64,000 nt of DNA from an uncultured Spirochaetota bacterium (lineage in GTDB: Bacteria; Spirochaetota; Spirochaetia; SZUA-6; Fen-1364), in the NCBI GenBank assembly GCA_963820525.1, contig CAWGAA010000001.1, forward strand, positions 2,496,001 through 2,560,000. Reading direction: 5' to 3'. Below, one piece after another: positions 59,382-64,000 of this stretch. Both the position numbers and the translations under genes were made by a program. Numbering within the stretch: the first letter of the stretch is position 1; each line of letters opens with the position of its first letter. Below the pieces are notes generated by a model. That model saw nothing but the letters and a program-made list of their open reading frames with translations. It was not told the DNA's origin and did no database searches.

Positions 59382-60530
59382 TCATGGCTCGACCACAGCA
59401 TATACCGACTCGACGCCATTGCGGAACCGCACGATCACGCCGCTTTTTATCGGGTCTCCCGTGCCGCTGTACAAGATACTCCCGGTCACGCCGGGATAGT
59501 CGCGTAGGCCGAGGAGCCCCTGTCGGATCGCCTCAGGGCTTGTTGAGCCCGCGCTCTCCGCGGCGGCAAAGAGAAGCTGAAGTGCGTCATACGTCGTGGC
59601 CGCCACGTCCTGAGGCAGACGCTGGAAGGCGGCGAGATATGCCTCCGTGAAGCTCTTTGCTTTGGCCGTTTGCAGGTCAGGATGCCAGTGCCTCGTGGCA
59701 AAGGCCCCTTCGAACGCCTTCTCTGCCGCGAACCCCTTTGTATCCCATCCGTCGCCGCCCAGGAGCACCGCCGTGATACCCAAAGAGCGCGCCGTTCTGG
59801 CCTGAAGCAGCGCATCGGCGGCATAGTTGGGAAGAAAGAGCACGTCGGGTTTCACGGCCGCGATTCGGGTGAGCTGGCGGGTGAAATCCGTGTTTCGATC
59901 CGTCGTGTAAGTCTCCTGTGCCACGACGCGGCCGCCCTTTTCGCGGAAGACCTTCATGAATACTTCCGACAGGGTCCGGTTGTAGTCCTGGGCCTCGTCG
60001 TAGAGGACCGCCGCGGTACGGGCCAATAGCTTCTCGCGCGCGAAATGGGCGATCACGGACCCCTGGAATGTGTCGAGATACGGGACGCGAAACACGAAGC
60101 GCTTGTCCAGAGTTGTCTGAGGGTTGGTCGACATGGGAGCCACCATGACGACACGCGCCCTTTCCGCCAGGAGGGCCACGGGGATTGCATGACTGCTGAA
60201 TTGAGGCCCAACGATTGCGGCCACCCTGTCCTTGTAGATGAGCTTGCGGGCCGCGTTGAGCGCGGCCTGCGGCCCCTCGCCGTCGTCCTCCACGACGAGC
60301 TCGACCTTCTTTCTGGATCCGGCGACAAGAAGCCCACCGCGGCCGTTCGCCTCACCAGCGGCCAGGCCGGCGGCGTCCGTCATGTCCATGCCGTTTGAGG
60401 CATTCTGCCCGCTTCTCATTGCGATGACGCCTATCCTGAAGGTTTCAGCCTGGTAATGGCATCCCTGGGCAAAGAGAAAAACGAGAAAGAAGATGGCGAG
60501 ACGGCTGAGTACGGCTATTGCGCGCGGCGT
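59382..60530 (-). CDS. LivJ/LivK-like solute-binding lipoprotein; apparent non-ATG start
   Basis: In-frame signal (RAIAVLSRLAIFFLVFLFAQGC) and FRIGVIA lie upstream of the ORF-track ATG; AIVGP, FVFRV, GGDGWD, YPGVTG. Confidence 0.85.
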   Translation of the reverse strand, partial: TPRAIAVLSRLAIFFLVFLFAQGCHYQAETFRIGVIAMRSGQNASNGMDMTDAAGLAAGEANGRGGLLVAGSRKKVELVVEDDGEGPQAALNAARKLIYKDRVAAIVGPQFSSHAIPVALLAERARVVMVAPMSTNPQTTLDKRFVFRVPYLDTFQGSVIAHFAREKLLARTAAVLYDEAQDYNRTLSEVFMKVFREKGGRVVAQETYTTDRNTDFTRQLTRIAAVKPDVLFLPNYAADALLQARTARSLGITAVLLGGDGWDTKGFAAEKAFEGAFATRHWHPDLQTAKAKSFTEAYLAAFQRLPQDVAATTYDALQLLFAAAESAGSTSPEAIRQGLLGLRDYPGVTGSILYSGTGDPIKSGVIVRFRNGVESVYAVVEP

Positions 60531-60534
60531 GGGT

Positions 60535-62289
60535 CTATCCTCCCTGCGGCTTTGCAGCGGCGCGCTTCTCGATCCTGGCCCAGGTGTCCTTCAGAGAGAC
60601 CGTCCGGTTGAACGCCAGCTTGCCGGCGGTCGAATCGGGATCCACGCAGAAGTAGCCAAGACGCTCGAACTGGAACCGGTCTCCCGGACGGGCGGCCTTC
60701 AGGCTCGGTTCCCCCTTGCATTCGGTCTCCACCACCAGGGAGCCGGGATTGACGGTGTCGATCCAGTCGGCGCCGGGAGGGACCTCTTGAGGATACTCGG
60801 CTGAAAACAGATGGTCGTATAGCCGGGCCCCAAAGTTGATCGCCTTTACGGCGGATACCCAGTGGATAGTTGCCTTCACGGCGCGGTTGTCCGCTGCATT
60901 TCCACCGCGGGTGGAAGCATCGTAGGTGCAGCGCACTTCGAGGATTTCCCCGGTTTTCGGATCCTTTTCCAGGCCGGTGCACGTGACGATGTAGGCATAG
61001 CGCAGCCGCACCTGCCGGCCCGGCGAGAGCCGGTAATACTTGGGGGGCGGCACCTCGCGAAAATCATCCTGCTCGATGTACAGCACCTTCCCGAAGGGCA
61101 CCTTCCTCGTTCCGGAGGCAGGATCTTCGGGATTGTTGACCGCATCCAGCTCCTCGCTTGAGTTTTCGGGATAGTTCTCGATTACGAGCTTCAGCGGCTT
61201 GATCACTGCCATGACCCTGCGGGACCTCCGGTTCAAGTCCTCGCGGAGGCAATGCTCCAACAGCGCAATGTCCACCGTGCTGTCGGCCTTGGCCACGCCG
61301 ATGCGGGAGGCGAAGTCCCTGATGGCCTCGGGGGTATAGCCGCGACGGCGAAGGCCCGCCAGGGTGGGCATCCTCGGATCGTCCCAACCCCGCACCTTCT
61401 TCTGCTGAACGAGCCCCAAAAGCCACCTCTTTGAAAGCACGGTGTGGGTGAGGTACAGCCGGGCGAACTCGATCTGCCTGCTCCTGAAGATCCCCAACTG
61501 CTCCAGGAACCAGTCGTAGAGGGGCCTGTGCACCTCGTATTCCAGGGAGCACAGCGAGTGGGTGATTCCCTCGATGGAATCCGAGACGGGGTGAGCGTAG
61601 TCGTACATGGGATAGATGCACCACTCATCTCCCGTCCTGTGGTGCGTCGCATGGCGGATCCTGTACATCACGGGGTCCCTCATGTGGAGGTTGGGGTGCG
61701 CCATGTCGATCTTTGCGCGCAGGGTATGCGAGCCGTCGGGAAACTCGCCCGCGCGCATTCTTCGAAACAGGTCGAGATTCTCCTCCACCGAGCGGTTCCT
61801 GGAGGGGCTGTCGCGCCCCGGAGGGGTCACGGTTACGGGGCCCTTGTCCGTCACGTCGGTTCCGCGATACTCGCGGATCTCCTGATCGTTCAAATCGTCG
61901 ACGTAGGCCTTGCCCTTCCTGATCAGCTCTTCCGCGTATCCGAAGAGCCGCTCGAAGTAGTCCGACGCGTAAAAGAGACGGTCTTCCCAATCGAATCCGA
62001 GCCAGCGGACATCATTGAGAATGGAATCGACGTACTCGACCTCTTCCCTGGTCGGGTTGGTGTCGTCGAACCTGAGGTTGCACTTCCCGTGGAACTGCTC
62101 TGCGATGCTGAAATCGATGCAGATCGCCTTGGCATGACCGATGTGGAGGTAGCCATTGGGCTCGGGAGGGAAGCGGGTATGCACGCGATCGAATCTTCCC
62201 GTTCGCAGGTCCTCCTCGACGGCCTCCCGGATGAAATCGGAAGCCGCGGCCGTGCGCGGGCTCTCTCCCGAGGCGATTGGATCTGTCAT
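60535..62289 (-). CDS. glnS: Glutamine--tRNA ligase
   Basis: [61 protein letters not shown]. Confidence 0.97.
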   Translation of the reverse strand: MTDPIASGESPRTAAASDFIREAVEEDLRTGRFDRVHTRFPPEPNGYLHIGHAKAICIDFSIAEQFHGKCNLRFDDTNPTREEVEYVDSILNDVRWLGFDWEDRLFYASDYFERLFGYAEELIRKGKAYVDDLNDQEIREYRGTDVTDKGPVTVTPPGRDSPSRNRSVEENLDLFRRMRAGEFPDGSHTLRAKIDMAHPNLHMRDPVMYRIRHATHHRTGDEWCIYPMYDYAHPVSDSIEGITHSLCSLEYEVHRPLYDWFLEQLGIFRSRQIEFARLYLTHTVLSKRWLLGLVQQKKVRGWDDPRMPTLAGLRRRGYTPEAIRDFASRIGVAKADSTVDIALLEHCLREDLNRRSRRVMAVIKPLKLVIENYPENSSEELDAVNNPEDPASGTRKVPFGKVLYIEQDDFREVPPPKYYRLSPGRQVRLRYAYIVTCTGLEKDPKTGEILEVRCTYDASTRGGNAADNRAVKATIHWVSAVKAINFGARLYDHLFSAEYPQEVPPGADWIDTVNPGSLVVETECKGEPSLKAARPGDRFQFERLGYFCVDPDSTAGKLAFNRTVSLKDTWARIEKRAAAKPQGG

Positions 62290-62385
62290 AGATGGTTCCT
62301 CCTGCCGAGCTTCAGGGGCTCGGTGAATACACTCATAGCCTTGCACCGGTCGAGATGTCAAGCATGAGCCTGCGGGAGAAAAGCC

Positions 62386-63066
62386 TTACGCCGCCGCGAC
62401 CGCCCATCCAGAATCCAGGCCGGCCGGCCCGTCCGGCGGGATCTCGGAGACTATCGAGAGCCGCCATGGGTGAGGTTCCTCCTCGAGGCTGCGCCGCTTT
62501 GCCTTGGGTACCTTGCGGTACAAAAGGAGAAACATGCCGTAGACGAACAGCGTCTGAAGCACTCCAAGGGCGGCTATCGCCACCGGGTCGCGCAGCCGTG
62601 CCATGGCCACGATGCTCACGGCGGAGCCGGCAAAGGAGCCGAAGGCGTCCGCCATCGCGTAGCGGCGGTCGAAGGCGGCCCGGTTCCTGCGGTACTTCAC
62701 CTCCTTGATCTTCTGCATGAGGAAAACCACAGAGGCTGAGAACACCCCCATGATGAACATCGTGAGAAGGTAGTAGGCCATCAGGTCCACCGCGGCAAGA
62801 ACTGCGGATGCCGTTGTGACGGCGAGCTCGGCGACCATGAGCGCCGGCAGGACGGCGTAGAGCCTGCCGAAGAGCTTCCGGTTTCCGAGCATGGCGCCGA
62901 TGAGCACGGGAAAGGCCGATGACATGAACGAACCCAACGCGATGATGCGGCCGTCGAGACGCGAAAGGATGACGCTCACGTACAGAGGATTGAGAAAACC
63001 GTAAAAGAAACTGGCGATGAAGCCGCTGAGAACGAAGACGTCGAGGTAATGCTGTAATTTCTTCAT
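62386..63066 (-). CDS. Hypothetical 6-TM membrane protein (half-MFS-like)
   Basis: Six hydrophobic helices; GGAGGT SD before MKKLQHY. Confidence 0.75.
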   Translation of the reverse strand: MKKLQHYLDVFVLSGFIASFFYGFLNPLYVSVILSRLDGRIIALGSFMSSAFPVLIGAMLGNRKLFGRLYAVLPALMVAELAVTTASAVLAAVDLMAYYLLTMFIMGVFSASVVFLMQKIKEVKYRRNRAAFDRRYAMADAFGSFAGSAVSIVAMARLRDPVAIAALGVLQTLFVYGMFLLLYRKVPKAKRRSLEEEPHPWRLSIVSEIPPDGPAGLDSGWAVAAA

Positions 63067-63261
63067 TTCCCACCTCCTGCGCGTGGACGGGACACGCATA
63101 GGAGATGGAAGAGACATCCCCTATGCCCTAAGCGAAGCTGTTACTCCCAGGATCTTCGGAATGATCCATTTTCCCTCCCCCTTTGAAAAAGGGCATAACG
63201 TACGGCTCCCAAATGCCGAGCCGCGGGACACCACAAGCGTACCACCGGGGCAGGCCCTGAG

Positions 63262-64000
63262 TCAACTTCGAAGCAGCTCGCCCCCGGACCCCACATCCCG
63301 GTTGGCATCATCGGCAGAATCGAGAAGCTCGATGAGCTCGCGCCAGTGCGAGATGGCTTTGAACTCTCCGACATCTTCAGGCATGTCCTGCTTGCCGTCG
63401 TACACGATGGGGAGCATGCCGACCGCCGAGGGGCCCTGTACGTCATAGACGATGTTGTCTCCCACGAACCAGGCTTCCTGCGGCGAGACTCCCAATCGGG
63501 CAAGCGCCACATCGAAGATGACCCTGTCGGGCTTTCGAATCCCATAGTCCGCGCTGGAGACGACGAACCGGAAGCGCGGCAGGAGCCCTCGCCCGCCCAG
63601 TTCCCTTTCCAGCGTAGCGCTCATGAAGGAAGAATTGCTTACGATGCACTTTTCAATCCGCCGCGCGTCGAGCTCGGCAAGAACCTCCCCGATCCCGTCG
63701 GTCAGGCTTATTCTCAAGGATGCGGCCCAGAACGCCCATTCCAGCTCGGAAAGGGAGACGCGAAAGCGAAGATCGAACGTATCGGCCAGGATTTTCAAGA
63801 GCGATTGCTCGGTGAACTCCAGCCTGCTCTCCTCCTCCCAGGGCGAGACGGTCGTGACCACCCGGTCCGCCAGCTCCTGCACGCTTTGAAGGGCTGCGCC
63901 GGAGGGATTCTCCGCCAGGGCAAAGACGGCGGCGTTTCCCCGCGCAGGATCGAACTCATCGGAACGGATCACCGTGCCCCACAGGTCGAAAAGAATCGCT
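63262..64000 (-). CDS. HAD-superfamily hydrolase (5' end runs off the window)
   Basis: AILFDLWGT, IVSNS, SSADYGIRKPD, FVGDNIVYDVQG. Confidence 0.9.
   Translation of the reverse strand, partial: AILFDLWGTVIRSDEFDPARGNAAVFALAENPSGAALQSVQELADRVVTTVSPWEEESRLEFTEQSLLKILADTFDLRFRVSLSELEWAFWAASLRISLTDGIGEVLAELDARRIEKCIVSNSSFMSATLERELGGRGLLPRFRFVVSSADYGIRKPDRVIFDVALARLGVSPQEAWFVGDNIVYDVQGPSAVGMLPIVYDGKQDMPEDVGEFKAISHWRELIELLDSADDANRDVGSGGELLRS

Noticed and set aside
63130..63200. yybP-ykoY riboswitch (AAAGGGGGAG-like segment on the minus strand)
   Set aside because: The remaining conserved elements could not be found by eye
1..64000. CRISPR array, tRNA/rRNA, IS, prophage
   Set aside because: No spaced direct repeats, cloverleafs, transposase, integrase or phage structural motifs seen

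Overview
GC-rich, gene-dense bacterial chromosomal segment with about 56 protein-coding loci. I saw no rRNA, tRNA, CRISPR array, integrase or transposase. Several hypothetical families resemble ones I associate with Spirochaetota; this is an inference and is unverified. Housekeeping and metabolic genes are fhs, a fused pyrF-pyrE followed by pyrD-pyrK, trpS, glnS and ybaK. There are also oxidoreductases, a GH5 hydrolase, a sialate O-acetylesterase, ABC-2 and MFS exporters, and many signalling genes: two hybrid histidine kinases, a PAS kinase, an MCP and two class III nucleotide cyclases. The most unusual region is 39.5-48.7 kb. It holds a translationally coupled operon of two paralogous [TolB-N/CsgG-like + PEGA-like + beta-barrel] proteins, each followed by a beta-rich lipoprotein. 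That operon converges on a HAMP adenylate cyclase plus a membrane-anchored coiled-coil/TPR-like protein. Other highlights are a non-canonical cyclase with an EAD-like N-terminus behind an AT-rich palindromic promoter, a perfect 14-1-14 MarR operator, recurrent leaderless promoters, an attenuator-like uORF leader, and two orphan solute-binding proteins next to a Cache kinase. Four small-indel frameshifts may be assembly errors, and two genes carry internal deletions. All calls come from reading motifs by eye; no searches were run.
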